NCBI GenBank assembly: GCA_013415665.1
Contig: JAAEEQ010000001.1
Span: 1 to 53,767 of the forward strand
DNA length: 53,767 bases
Origin: Methanomicrobiales archaeon
GTDB lineage: Archaea; Halobacteriota; Methanomicrobia; Methanomicrobiales; Methanomicrobiaceae
Direction of reading: 5' to 3'
Shown here: piece by piece, positions 38,522 to 48,818 of the stretch
How positions within the stretch are numbered: position 1 is the stretch's first letter
Layout of the letters: the number at the start of each line of letters is the position of its first letter
Notes under the pieces: generated by a model
What the model saw: only the letters and a program-made list of their open reading frames with translations
The model's database searches: none
Told to the model about the DNA's origin: nothing
Made by a program: the position numbers and the translations under genes

Positions 38522-40319
38522 GGACCTGGCAAAACAGCAGCGCAGCATCAGCGTCGCGGAATTTTTTGAAAAGAACAAACATCTTCTTGGTTTTGATTCG
38601 CCGACCCGCGGCGTGGTTACCACGGTCAAAGAGGCGGTTGACAATGCGCTCGATGCATGCGAAGAGGCGCAGGTGCTTCCCGATCTCTTTGTGGGCATCC
38701 GGAAAATCGACCGTGATATCTACCGGATCACGGTGGAAGACAACGGGCCGGGCATCATGCCCGAACAGGTGCCGTATGTCTTCGGAAAACTCCTCTACGG
38801 GTCGCGTTTTCACCAGATCAAACAGAGCAGGGGCCAGCAGGGCATCGGCATCAGCGCGGCGGTCCTGTATGCGCAGCTGACGACGGGCGTTCCCGCCCGC
38901 GTGATTTCACGCACCGGGTCGCGTGCGCCGGCACACCGGTTCGAACTGATGATCCGGACCGAAACAAATGAGCCGGATGTTGTGCTTCACGAGGAGATCC
39001 CGTGGGACCGGATTCACGGGACCCGGGTGGAGATAGAATTCAAGAGCACGCTTGCGGCAAAAAAACGCCTCCTCGACTACCTCCGGTACACCGCCGTCGT
39101 CAATCCCCATGCGCGGATCCGGGCGGAGATCGATGGCGAGGAGTACCTCTTCGAGCGGGTGGTCAATGACGTGCCTGCCTGCCCGAAGGCCATCGCGCCG
39201 CACCCTCACGGCATCGAATTCGGCATGCTGAAACGGATGGCCGGGACGAGTGACCAGACGCTCGAGCAGTTTCTCGTGGAGCAGTTCTCCCGCGTGGGGA
39301 AAAAAACCGCCGAGGAGATCGTCAGGGGTATCGGTGCGGACGGCAACATGCCTGCCGCATCGCTCTCCGCCGAACAGCTGAAATCGCTCCTTGAAATGAT
39401 GCAGGCGACCCCTATTCCCCCCCCTCCGGCATCGCAGTGCCTCTCCCCTATCGGCGAGGAACTCATCCGGCAGGGGCTTGACAAGGAATTCCAGCTTGAT
39501 TTTGTGAGGGCGCGGACCCGCAGCAGCAGGGTGTTTGCCGGCCATCCTTTTGTTGTCGAGGCTGCGCTCGGGTACGGGGGAAAACTGCCTTCTGACGGCG
39601 CCGCCCAGATCCTGCGGTTTGCCAACCGTGTTCCGCTCCTGTACCAGCAGGGGGCGTGTGCGATTACCGCCGCGGTCGCGGGCGTGAACTGGAAATCCTA
39701 CAATCTCTCCCAGCAGGGCCTCCCGGCAGGGCCCGTGCTCATTCTGGTGCATGTGGCATCCACGAACGTCCCGTTCACGAGCGAAAGCAAGGACGCGATC
39801 GCAGCGATTCCTGAAATAGAACGCGAGATCGTTCTTGCGCTGCAGGATCTCGGAAGGGAGCTCAAGACGTTCCTCAACCGCCGGGACAAAAACCGCCAGC
39901 AGGAGGACCGTGCACGGGCAATCTGTTCGATCATCCCCGATATCGCCGCGAAGGTGAGCGAGATCACCGAACGTCCGGCCATCGACACGGCTCCCATCGA
40001 GGGACGGATCATGCGGCGGCTGGTCATGAAAAAACGCACGATGGACGGGATGGTGGAGGTTTCGGTGCACAACTACACCAGCGGCACCGTCGACCTGACG
40101 ATCTACAACCTCTCGCCGGACCGTGCCGGGGATGCCGACCCGGCCCCGTTTTTTGTCGATGCGGTCGGCGATGAGTACAATAAGATATGGAAGTGCACTC
40201 TGCCGCCGGATGGCGCATGGCGTGTCCGGTACCACGGGCGGGGCGGGGGCACTTTTGATCTGCGTGGCATTGACAAACCTGAACAGGTAGTGGTGGTGGA
40301 TTGTGACATCGATGCGTGA
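38508..40319 (+). CDS. top6B: DNA topoisomerase VI subunit B
   Basis: 603 aa. [16 protein letters not shown] and the GHKL Bergerat motifs EAVDNALDA and DNGPGI. TTG start per the track. Confidence 0.95.
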   Translation: MVHAEDLAKQQRSISVAEFFEKNKHLLGFDSPTRGVVTTVKEAVDNALDACEEAQVLPDLFVGIRKIDRDIYRITVEDNGPGIMPEQVPYVFGKLLYGSRFHQIKQSRGQQGIGISAAVLYAQLTTGVPARVISRTGSRAPAHRFELMIRTETNEPDVVLHEEIPWDRIHGTRVEIEFKSTLAAKKRLLDYLRYTAVVNPHARIRAEIDGEEYLFERVVNDVPACPKAIAPHPHGIEFGMLKRMAGTSDQTLEQFLVEQFSRVGKKTAEEIVRGIGADGNMPAASLSAEQLKSLLEMMQATPIPPPPASQCLSPIGEELIRQGLDKEFQLDFVRARTRSSRVFAGHPFVVEAALGYGGKLPSDGAAQILRFANRVPLLYQQGACAITAAVAGVNWKSYNLSQQGLPAGPVLILVHVASTNVPFTSESKDAIAAIPEIEREIVLALQDLGRELKTFLNRRDKNRQQEDRARAICSIIPDIAAKVSEITERPAIDTAPIEGRIMRRLVMKKRTMDGMVEVSVHNYTSGTVDLTIYNLSPDRAGDADPAPFFVDAVGDEYNKIWKCTLPPDGAWRVRYHGRGGGTFDLRGIDKPEQVVVVDCDIDA

Positions 40320-41394
40320 CCATGATGCAAAAACGGAAGAAAGGCTCGTTGATATCGCCCGGATCTGGTACGACCAGATGGGGGAGGGTGCGCTGCCCTC
40401 GATCACGCTCCCCACCCGCACCAAGCAGAACATCGCCTATGACGATGATTCCGGCGTGTGGAAGTACGGGGACCGGGCGAGCACGCGAATCGCCACGTCC
40501 GCGAAAAGCGCTCTGCACCTCTTGAAGATGGCATTTGTCATCGGGTTTCTCAAGCAGCAGCTCCGGGAGAACCGTTCGTCGACGTTGAGGGAGATGTATT
40601 ATATTTCGGAAGGCTGGAAGAAGGCGAAATTCTCCGCGCAGGACGAGAGCAACCTGTTGATCGAGGATCTCGAGATTCTCACGGATCTGCAGCGCGAGGC
40701 TTTCCACCTGCGCCCTGAGGAGGACGGCGCATCGATTTACGGCCCCCTGCGGCTCAAGGAACAGACCCGGAGAGGCGAGCGCGTTATCCATTGTCAGGAG
40801 GACGTAGGGGAGGCAGGCTACCCCATTCCGAACAATGTCGACACCATCGAATTTCTCGACCACGATGCAAAGTTCGTCATCGCAATAGAAACCGGCGGTA
40901 TGTACGCCCGCCTGATGGAGAACGGGTTCGACGAGGAGTACGGGGCGGTTCTCGTGCACCTCAAGGGGCAGCCCGCACGGTCGACCCGCCGGGTGCTGCG
41001 GCGCCTGAGCACCGAGATGAACCTGCCCGTCGTGGTCTTTACCGATGGTGACCCGTGGTCCTACCGCATTTTCGCCAGTGTGGCATACGGCTCCATCAAA
41101 AGCGCCCACATGTCCGACATCCTGGCAACGCCCGGGGCGCAGTTCATCGGGGTGCAGCCCTCCGATATCGGGGAATACAACCTCCCCTCCGATGCGCTGA
41201 CCGAGGGCGACATCGCCGCACTGAAGGCAGAACTGACCGATCCGCGCTTCGATACCGCCTACTGGAAGCAGCAGATCAACCTGCAGCTCACCATGAAGCT
41301 CAAGTCGGAACAGCAGGCCTTCGCGAGCCGGGGCCTTGACTTCGTTACCCGCGATTATCTCCCCGCACGGCTTTCCGAGATGGGGATCATCTGA
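40303..41394 (+). CDS. top6A: DNA topoisomerase VI subunit A (Spo11 homologue)
   Basis: 363 aa. Winged-helix region with the catalytic Tyr (REMYY), and Toprim ([17 protein letters not shown]). An ATG at 40312 is an alternative start. Confidence 0.95.
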   Translation: MTSMRDHDAKTEERLVDIARIWYDQMGEGALPSITLPTRTKQNIAYDDDSGVWKYGDRASTRIATSAKSALHLLKMAFVIGFLKQQLRENRSSTLREMYYISEGWKKAKFSAQDESNLLIEDLEILTDLQREAFHLRPEEDGASIYGPLRLKEQTRRGERVIHCQEDVGEAGYPIPNNVDTIEFLDHDAKFVIAIETGGMYARLMENGFDEEYGAVLVHLKGQPARSTRRVLRRLSTEMNLPVVVFTDGDPWSYRIFASVAYGSIKSAHMSDILATPGAQFIGVQPSDIGEYNLPSDALTEGDIAALKAELTDPRFDTAYWKQQINLQLTMKLKSEQQAFASRGLDFVTRDYLPARLSEMGII

Positions 41395-41400
41395 CGGCGA

Positions 41401-42327
41401 TCACCGCCGTTTTTCCTCAGCGGCAAGCATATCCTGCAGGGTCCGGGCAAGGGAGATCGACGGCTGCCAGCCGGTCACCTCGCGAATCCTGCTGATGTCC
41501 GCCACCTGCCCGGGGATCATCTCGCGGACCTGCTCCGATGCAAAGGGGATGTTCCTGCCGCGGATTTCCCCGATGCAGGCCAGGATCTCCCGCACCGATG
41601 CGCTTTTCCCCGATGCCACGTTGAATGCCCTGCCCGCGCAGGCGCTGCCGAACGAGGGGTGGGTGGCGATGCTCCAGAAGGCCGCGACGGCATCGCGCAC
41701 ATCGATGAAATCACGCCGGGAATCCATACTGTAAAGGTGCAGCCGGTCAACCGCGCCATGTTCCAGTTCGACGGTCTGGCGGATGACGGAGCCGAGTGCG
41801 AAGGCGGACGGCTGGCCCGGCCCGCAGAGGTTAAAGGGTCGCGCAACGGCGATCTGCAGGCCGTAGCGTGCGGCCGCGGCATGCGCAATGAGTTCTTCTG
41901 CCGCTTTGGCAGCACCATAGTCGCTGACCGGTGCATACGGCGCCGTTTCCGGTATAGGGCTGCCCCCGGCATACCCGTACACCGCCGCGGAGCTCACGAG
42001 CACGATCCGGGCACTGTCGGCCCCGGCGCGGGCGGCATCGAGGAGGTTGCCGGCGGCAAGGGCATTGTCGCAAAACAGCTCATCGCGGGTCCCGGAGGTT
42101 CTTCCGGCAAGGTGCAGGATGCAGTCGGGATTTGACGCCCGGATCAGTTCACGGGTTTCGCGGCTGTTGCCGAGGTCCGCGCGGATTGCCGTTCCTGAAA
42201 AAGCGGCCGGAAGCGCTGCGGTGCGGTACTGGGCGAAAAGCCGGGTGCCGGGATGGCCGTGCTCCGCGAGGAATCCGAGCAGGTTCCTGCCGGCGAATCC
42301 CGAGGCACCCGTAATAAGGACGTTCAT
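41401..42327 (-). CDS. NAD-dependent epimerase/dehydratase family protein (NDP-4-keto-6-deoxyhexose reductase-like)
   Basis: 308 aa. GASGFAG Rossmann motif and the YxxxK catalytic motif (YGAAK). Confidence 0.8.
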   Translation of the reverse strand: MNVLITGASGFAGRNLLGFLAEHGHPGTRLFAQYRTAALPAAFSGTAIRADLGNSRETRELIRASNPDCILHLAGRTSGTRDELFCDNALAAGNLLDAARAGADSARIVLVSSAAVYGYAGGSPIPETAPYAPVSDYGAAKAAEELIAHAAAARYGLQIAVARPFNLCGPGQPSAFALGSVIRQTVELEHGAVDRLHLYSMDSRRDFIDVRDAVAAFWSIATHPSFGSACAGRAFNVASGKSASVREILACIGEIRGRNIPFASEQVREMIPGQVADISRIREVTGWQPSISLARTLQDMLAAEEKRR

Positions 42328-42942
42328 ACGAGGAACCTGTCCCGGTAGGTCTCGAACTCCTCTATCGAGCGTTCGTAATCGTCGGGACGCCCGATATCGA
42401 GCCAGTAGCCGTCGTAGGGATAGCTGAACACGCCCTCTCCCGCATCGATCAGGGCATACATCAGGTCATCGAACCCGAATGCGCGTCCCTCCGGCACATA
42501 CTCCAGGATACCGCGATCGAAGACGTACACGCCCATGCTCACGCTGAAATGGTACACCGGCTTTTCACGGAATGCCCGGATCCTGTTTTCGGCATCGTAT
42601 TCGAGCACGCCGAAGTCGATCGGCACGTCCCTCCGGTAGGTCGCAACGGTAGCGAGCGCGCCGGACTGCCGGTGAACCGCCATGAGGTCGCGGTAATCGA
42701 TATCGGTGAGGATGTCGCCGTTCATGACGAGAAATCCTGCCCGGTGAATCGAGGTACGCGCGGATGATCTCGTGCAGATAGCCTGTGCTTATGACGATGT
42801 CGTCAAAGCCGCACCGGTTGAGCTGGCGGAGAATTACTTCGAGTATCGGGTAATCGCCGATGGGCATGAGCGGTTTTGGCAGAACGGTGGTATAGGGTTT
42901 GAGCCTTCTGCCCCGGCCTCCGGCAAGGATAATCGCCTGCAT
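42324..42942 (-). pseudogene. sugar-phosphate nucleotidyltransferase, internally deleted and frameshifted
   Basis: The N-terminal 64 aa (MQAIILAGGRGRRLKPYTTVLPKPLMPIGDYPILEVILRQLNRCGFDDIVISTGYLHEIIRAYL) are in one frame (track ORF 42565..43008). The C-terminal part (FLVMNGDILTDIDYRDL...EKP...GYWLDIG) is in another frame (track ORF 42324..42725). The roughly 35-40 residues that normally carry the PLGTAG-type motif between these blocks are absent. Confidence 0.75.
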
Positions 42943-42952
42943 TTGGTTTACC

Positions 42953-43939
42953 TCAGACAGTGTACAGCCCCGGCTTGTACCGGGCAAGGTGGTCGCGCAT
43001 CCATGCAATCGTGCGGTCGATTCCCTCTTCGAGAGAATACGAGGGCGTCCAGCCGATGCACTCCCTCGCTTTTCTGTTGTCGCAGATCAGGGTCATCACT
43101 TCGCTCTTTTCCGGCCTGATGCGCTGCTGATCGGCAACGATCGCTGCATCGGGATTGACGCGCCGGATAATCAGATCGGCCAGCTCCCCGATGGTCACCC
43201 CCCGCCCGCTGCCCGCGTTGACGGTCTCGCCGACTGCCCCGGGCGCCGCGGCAATCTTTACAAATGCCGAGACGGTGTCGGCAACATAGGTGAGGTCGCG
43301 AACGGGATCGAGCGATCCGAGCCTGACGGTGTCGGAGGTGAGCGCCTGCGTGATGATCGTCGGGATGACGGCGCGGGTTGACTGGCGGGGGCCGAAGGTG
43401 TTGAAGGGCCGGAGGGTGGCGACCGGAACGCCGAAGGATCGGAAGAACGATTCGGCGATTTTGTCTGCCCCGATCTTGGTTGCCGAGTAGGGGGACTGCC
43501 CCTGCAGCGGGTGCTTCTCGTCAATCGGCGTGTATTGCGCCGTGCCGTAGACTTCACTGGTCGAGGTGTGCACGACGCGGGAAACCCCGGACTCGCGAGC
43601 CGCCTGCAGGACGTTTAAGGTGCCGGTGATGTTGGTGGCAACATACGACGCGGGCGCATGGTACGAATAGGGAATGCCGATGAGGGCTGCGAGGTGAAAG
43701 ACCACGTCCGTATCCTTCATGCAGGCGCGGACAGCTCCGCCGTCCGCAATATCCCCGGCAAACACCTCAATGGGGCTTTCGCCGCCGGCAATGCTCTCCA
43801 GCATTCCCCAGTCGTTGCGCGAATTGTAATGCACAAAGGCCGTGACATCGGCTCCTTCTGTGACAAGGCGCTCGACGAGGTGGCTGCCGATGAATCCCCC
43901 GGCACCCGTGACCAGCACCTTCTTTCCGTTCCAGTTCAT
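42953..43939 (-). CDS. NDP-hexosamine/hexose 4,6-dehydratase, LegB-like extended SDR
   Basis: 328 aa. GAGGFIGSH, HYNSRNDWGMLE, GQSPYSATKIGADKIAESFFRSFGVPVATLRPFNTFGPRQSTRAVIPTIITQAL. From memory this closely resembles Campylobacter LegB-type dehydratases. Confidence 0.75.
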   Translation of the reverse strand: MNWNGKKVLVTGAGGFIGSHLVERLVTEGADVTAFVHYNSRNDWGMLESIAGGESPIEVFAGDIADGGAVRACMKDTDVVFHLAALIGIPYSYHAPASYVATNITGTLNVLQAARESGVSRVVHTSTSEVYGTAQYTPIDEKHPLQGQSPYSATKIGADKIAESFFRSFGVPVATLRPFNTFGPRQSTRAVIPTIITQALTSDTVRLGSLDPVRDLTYVADTVSAFVKIAAAPGAVGETVNAGSGRGVTIGELADLIIRRVNPDAAIVADQQRIRPEKSEVMTLICDNRKARECIGWTPSYSLEEGIDRTIAWMRDHLARYKPGLYTV

Positions 43940-45021
43940 GCGCTATTTCCCCTGTACTGTTTGATGAGGGCTGAATAATCGTTTTCTGCGGTGTTCATGA
44001 GTGTTTCCCAGTCCCCGGACTCCTCAACCTTCGTTCGTGCCCGCTCGCCGAATGCTTTGCGTCTTTCTTCGTCGCGAGCGAGCATTAACATTTTTTCCGC
44101 GACATCGCCGGGATTTCCCGGTTCGATCAGCAGGCCGTTGCCGCCGTCCTCGATCCACTCGGGAATGCCGCCGACGGCGGTGGCAATGCAGGGAAGCCCC
44201 GCCGCCATCGCTTCGAGCAGAGAGACGGGCGTGCCGTCCGACCGTGCGGTGGTGATGAAGATGTCCGCCGCGTGCAGGTCGCGTGGCACGTCGGCATAGT
44301 CGCCCCACGGCAGAAAAGAGACCGCATGCGCTATGCCAAGCGTTTGCACGCGATCGCGGACCGCCTCTTTTTCGGGCCCCTCGCCTTTCAGGACGAGGGA
44401 GAGTGACGGTTCTTCGCGGTACGCCAGTGCAAATCCCTCGACAAGTGTTGTCATGTCATAGACCGGCAGAAACCCCCGGTTTGAAAACAGGACGATGCGT
44501 TCACGGTTTTCCGCCTTTTTCTGCGGGAAAAAAATCGAGGTATCGACGCCGAACGGGAGATGTTTCACCTTTTCCTCCGGGACCCCGAAATCCGCGACAA
44601 TCCTGTTCCTGATATCCCGGGAGACCGCATACACGAGATCGGCCCGTGCCAGTGCGAACCGGGTTGCCATCTTAAGAAGGACGCTCTGCGGCGGGAGCAC
44701 CAGCACGTCGTCCCCCCATGCCGAGATTACGGTCGGTGAAAATCCGAGAAAAGCAGCGTGAAAACCGAATTTCGTGATAAAATGCGCATGAACCAGATCC
44801 GGGCGGATATGCCGGACGAGCCGCATGATCCGGACATGCCGCGGCCAGAAGGCGGTATATAATCCCGGAAGCGACGTTGCCAGCACGTGCTCCGTCACCC
44901 CGGGGATGCTCCTGCCCATCGGTTCGTAGGTGATGAGGTGCACGTCGTGCCGCCCGGCGAAGTATGCACTCCAGCGCTGCGTATGGACGCTTCGCCCGTC
45001 GGCGATGATACAGAGCCTCAT
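43936..45021 (-). CDS. glycosyltransferase family 4 (GT-B, group 1)
   Basis: 361 aa. C-terminal E(x7)E-type region (SLLEAMAAGLPCIATAVGGIPEWIEDGGNGLL). Confidence 0.85.
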   Translation of the reverse strand: MRLCIIADGRSVHTQRWSAYFAGRHDVHLITYEPMGRSIPGVTEHVLATSLPGLYTAFWPRHVRIMRLVRHIRPDLVHAHFITKFGFHAAFLGFSPTVISAWGDDVLVLPPQSVLLKMATRFALARADLVYAVSRDIRNRIVADFGVPEEKVKHLPFGVDTSIFFPQKKAENRERIVLFSNRGFLPVYDMTTLVEGFALAYREEPSLSLVLKGEGPEKEAVRDRVQTLGIAHAVSFLPWGDYADVPRDLHAADIFITTARSDGTPVSLLEAMAAGLPCIATAVGGIPEWIEDGGNGLLIEPGNPGDVAEKMLMLARDEERRKAFGERARTKVEESGDWETLMNTAENDYSALIKQYRGNSA

Positions 45022-45216
45022 GAATCCGCCTCGTCCCGGTCCGGGGATGATGGTACGTGTTTCATCTCAAGGCTCATCTTTCTTCTGTTATCCTCATCGG
45101 CGGTGCCCGTTTTCGGGTTTTTCCCCGGCAGCAGCAGCGTTCCCGAACCGACGCCCCCGTTCGGCTGCCGCCCGATCAGAGGGCTCATAATGATCGAAAG
45201 AAAAACGTTCTGTGGA

Positions 45217-47052
45217 ATGTGCGGAATTACCGGGCAGTATGCGTTTGGGGGAGGCGAACCGGACGAAGATCTGGTCCGGCGGATGTCTTCCCTCCTTGCC
45301 CATCGCGGGCCCGACGGCGAAGGCTTCCTCCGCCGGGGATCCGTTGCGCTTGCCCATCGCCGCCTTTCGATCATCGACCTGAGCGATCAGGCGGGCCAGC
45401 CCATGAAAAACGAGGACGGGACGCTCGCGATCGTGTTCAACGGGGAGATCTATAATTACCGGGAACTGCGGGAGGAACTCACCGCCAGCGGCCACAACTT
45501 CCGGTCCGAAAGCGATACCGAGGTCATCATCCACGCGTTCGAGGAGTGGGGTTGTGAATGCCTGCAGCGGTTCAACGGCATGTGGGCATTTGCCCTCCAT
45601 AACGCCACGACCGGCGAACTCTTCTGCGCCCGCGACCGTTTCGGCATCAAGCCATTCTACTACGCGAACACGGGAGAATCGCTTTTTTTTGCGTCTGAGA
45701 TAAAGGCGCTCCTCGAGCATGACGGCATCGGTCGTGAGCCGAACGACCGGATGGTGATGACGTTTCTTGCCTGGGGTGTTATGGACCACACCCCGGAGAC
45801 GATGTTTAAAGGCGTTTTCCAGATTCCCCCGGGGCATTTCATGCTGGTCCGTCCCGGGGCCTGCCTTCCGCCGGAAGCATACTGGCACCTGCACATGGAG
45901 CCGGCGCCGGTATCCTCCCCGGGGGCGGACAGCGCCACCGTTGCACGCTGCCGCGATCTTCTTCTTGATGCGGTGCGGATCCGGCTTCGGAGCGACGTCC
46001 CGGTCGGGACCTGCCTGTCCGGCGGGATCGATTCGACAACGATCACGTCTGTCATCAACGGGCTTATCAGAACGGAATCGCCTGAAAGTGTCGGAGAGCG
46101 TCAGAATACGTTTTCCGCACGGTACGCCGGGGCAGCATGCGACGAGGGGATCTTTATGGACTGCGTTGTCGCCGAAACCGGCGTCTCCCCCCACTGGACG
46201 CAGCCCGACCCGGAACATCTTCTGCCCAGCATCGAACGGATGCTCTATCACCAGGACGAGCCGTTCGGATCGCTCTCGATATATGCGCAGTACGCGGTGA
46301 TGGAGCTTGCCGGCAGGTCCGTCAGGGTCGTCCTTGACGGGCAGGGGGCGGACGAGCAGCTCGGCGGGTATCTCGCGTATCTCGTCCCGTACATCCGGAG
46401 CCTGAAGCGGCACCCGCTCCGGGCTGTCGGGGAAGGGGGATGGGCACTCTACCGGCACTGGCGGTTCCTGCTTGCCGCCTGGCGCCAGCTGCGCATCCGT
46501 TCAGGGCGGCGCTCCCTGCTTTCGGGCGAGTACCCCGCAATCGACCGGTACGCGGGACCCCTCGATCAGGTGCTGGCGGCGGAGATAGCGAGCACGAACC
46601 TTCCCGCACTCCTGCACTACGAGGACCGGAACTCGATGGCGTTCTCCGTCGAGGCGCGGGTGCCGTTCCTTGACTGGCGGCTGGTCGAATTTTTCGCTTC
46701 GCTGCCGCTCGACCAGAAGATCCGGCACGGTGTGACGAAGTATATACTCAGGAAGGCTGTCAGGGGCGTGATCCCGGAGAAAGTCCGGTGCCGGATGGAC
46801 AAAATCGGGTTCGCGACACCCGAGGATGAGTGGATGCGCCGTGAACTGAGGGAGTTCATCGGCTCTGTCCTGTCGTCATCATCGTTCGGTTCGCGGCCGT
46901 ACTGGAACCCGGAGGCGGTGCGCCGCGGTTTTGAGGAGTATGCGGCGGGCAGGATGCCGTATTCCTTCGAAATCTGGCGGATCGTGTGCACCGAACTCTG
47001 GCTGCGGATGTTTTTTGACAACCGGGGAAACGCGGCTGGCCGGGTGCGCTGA
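45217..47052 (+). CDS. asparagine synthase (glutamine-hydrolysing) family amidotransferase
   Basis: Start set at MCGITG, because the Ntn glutaminase needs Cys2. PP-loop SGGIDS. 611 aa. The track's longer N-terminus overlaps the GT4 gene and is rejected. Confidence 0.85.
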   Translation: MCGITGQYAFGGGEPDEDLVRRMSSLLAHRGPDGEGFLRRGSVALAHRRLSIIDLSDQAGQPMKNEDGTLAIVFNGEIYNYRELREELTASGHNFRSESDTEVIIHAFEEWGCECLQRFNGMWAFALHNATTGELFCARDRFGIKPFYYANTGESLFFASEIKALLEHDGIGREPNDRMVMTFLAWGVMDHTPETMFKGVFQIPPGHFMLVRPGACLPPEAYWHLHMEPAPVSSPGADSATVARCRDLLLDAVRIRLRSDVPVGTCLSGGIDSTTITSVINGLIRTESPESVGERQNTFSARYAGAACDEGIFMDCVVAETGVSPHWTQPDPEHLLPSIERMLYHQDEPFGSLSIYAQYAVMELAGRSVRVVLDGQGADEQLGGYLAYLVPYIRSLKRHPLRAVGEGGWALYRHWRFLLAAWRQLRIRSGRRSLLSGEYPAIDRYAGPLDQVLAAEIASTNLPALLHYEDRNSMAFSVEARVPFLDWRLVEFFASLPLDQKIRHGVTKYILRKAVRGVIPEKVRCRMDKIGFATPEDEWMRRELREFIGSVLSSSSFGSRPYWNPEAVRRGFEEYAAGRMPYSFEIWRIVCTELWLRMFFDNRGNAAGRVR

Positions 47053-47090
47053 AAAAAGCACTAAGTTATCGAACCGCCAACAGAGTACGA

Positions 47091-47981
47091 ATGACCAAGG
47101 ACAGCCCCTCTCCCCCCCGGTGCATACTGTGCGGCGGCACGCGGTTTGTGCAGGTGCATGATCGTGTCCGCTACGGGACCGCAACGCAGCCGTACCAGTG
47201 CGCTGACTGCGGGCTCGTTGCACTCCGGCCCTTGCCGACGCCACAGGAGGAAGAGCATTTCTATGCGGGGGAGTACCGCTCCCTGTACGAGGATGCGGAT
47301 CCCGCGGGTGCGTTCGCCAGCAGCCTTCCCGAGGCGCAGGAACGAGCCGGGCGGTTCCTCGGCCTGCTGGATCCGGAGCATGACGTCCTTGAGATCGGCT
47401 GTTCCGCCGGGTATTTTCTGCATGCGATCCGCTCGCAGGTCGGATCCGTGACCGGGGTGGATCCCGACGTCAGGTGTGCGGAATACGCCCGGAACGCCGG
47501 CATGGAGGTGTACCCCTCCATTGACACGCTTGCTTCCCGTACGTTCGACAGGATTTTCATGTTCCACGTGCTCGAGCATATTCGCGATCCCGTCGGATTT
47601 CTGCGGCAGGTAAAAGGCCTGCTTGCGCCCGGGGGAAAACTCATCATCGAGGTCCCCAACGTCGAGGACGCACTGGTCTCGGTCTATCATGTGCCGGCTT
47701 ACCTCGATTTCTACTGGCAGCCGGCCCATTCCTACTATTTTTCGCACCGGACGCTTGCCCGGGTGCTGGCATGTGCGGGAATGCGGGGGGAGGTGTTCCC
47801 CCTCCAGCGCTACGATCTCTCCAACCATCTCTGCTGGATGCTTTCCGGAAAGCCCGGGGGGCAGGGGCATTTTAACGATCTCTTCACCCCGGAACTGAAT
47901 AATGCGTATGCCGATTGCCTGAAGCGCCGCTTCGTGTGCGATACCATATATACAATTGCAGAAATAGATAACAGGGGATAA
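47091..47981 (+). CDS. class I SAM-dependent methyltransferase with N-terminal zinc ribbon
   Basis: 296 aa. CILCGG...CADCG and SAM motif I (VLEIGCSAGYFL). Confidence 0.8.
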   Translation: MTKDSPSPPRCILCGGTRFVQVHDRVRYGTATQPYQCADCGLVALRPLPTPQEEEHFYAGEYRSLYEDADPAGAFASSLPEAQERAGRFLGLLDPEHDVLEIGCSAGYFLHAIRSQVGSVTGVDPDVRCAEYARNAGMEVYPSIDTLASRTFDRIFMFHVLEHIRDPVGFLRQVKGLLAPGGKLIIEVPNVEDALVSVYHVPAYLDFYWQPAHSYYFSHRTLARVLACAGMRGEVFPLQRYDLSNHLCWMLSGKPGGQGHFNDLFTPELNNAYADCLKRRFVCDTIYTIAEIDNRG

Positions 47982-47987
47982 TGCTGC

Positions 47988-48818
47988 ATGGAATCCGGAA
48001 ATTATGACAATCTAAACGAAATAGCAACCCGTCTCCGGCGTCATATCCTGGAAATGACTGCCCGGGCAGGATCGGGACATTACATGAGCTCGTTCAGCTG
48101 CGTGGAAATCCTTGCGGCGCTTTATTTTCAGGAGATGCAGGTCCGGCCCGACGATCCTGCATGGCCGGGGCGGGACCGCTTCGTGCTCGGCAAAGGCCAT
48201 GCCGCACCGGCGCTGTATGCCGTGCTGGCGGAGCGCGGCTATTTTCCCGTTCCCGAACTGATGACGCTCCGGCAGGTGGGAAGCCGGCTGCAGGGGCATC
48301 CGGTGAAAAGCTACGGCCTTCCCGGGCTTGATGCCTCCTCCGGATCGCTCGGGCAGGGCATCTCCACCGCCGTCGGCATCGCCCTTGCAGCGCAACTCGA
48401 CGGGGCGGACTGGCGTGTTTTTGTCCTGCTCGGGGACGGGGAGTGCCAGGAGGGGCAGGTCTGGGAAGCGGCGATGGCGGCGGCGCATTTCAAGTGCGAC
48501 AATCTGGTGGTCATCGTGGATTACAATGCGCTCCAGTCGACGGGGACACTCGACGAGATCATGTCACTGGGCGATCTGCGGGCAAAATGGGAAGCATTCG
48601 GGTGGAGCGTCACGGAGGCCCGGGGCCATGATTTCGGCTCGCTCCAGGATGCGTTGGCCGGAGCACGAGCCCGAAAAGGAATGCCCCACCTGATCCTCGC
48701 GCATACGATGAAAGGGCACGGTGTCCCGTTCATCGAGGGCAATCTCGAGTACCATTCAAAACCGCTCTCGGCCGACGAACTTGCGGGAGCACTGCATGCT
48801 CTGGAGGTGCGGCACTGA
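47988..48818 (+). CDS. transketolase, N-terminal (TPP pyrophosphate-binding) subunit
   Basis: 276 aa. GSGHYMSSFS, GKGHAAPALYA and GDGECQEG motifs of split transketolases. Confidence 0.85.
   Translation: MESGNYDNLNEIATRLRRHILEMTARAGSGHYMSSFSCVEILAALYFQEMQVRPDDPAWPGRDRFVLGKGHAAPALYAVLAERGYFPVPELMTLRQVGSRLQGHPVKSYGLPGLDASSGSLGQGISTAVGIALAAQLDGADWRVFVLLGDGECQEGQVWEAAMAAAHFKCDNLVVIVDYNALQSTGTLDEIMSLGDLRAKWEAFGWSVTEARGHDFGSLQDALAGARARKGMPHLILAHTMKGHGVPFIEGNLEYHSKPLSADELAGALHALEVRH

Noticed and set aside
38907-40433. 508-aa ORF antisense to top6B (and the 361-aa ORF 40024..41109 antisense to top6A)
   Set aside because: The sense strand encodes unmistakable Top6B and Top6A motifs. The antisense products are R/P/G-rich without motifs.
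45094-46458. 454-aa ORF antisense to the AsnB-like gene
   Set aside because: The sense strand has the Ntn MCGI start and the SGGIDS PP-loop. The antisense protein is R/P/G-rich.
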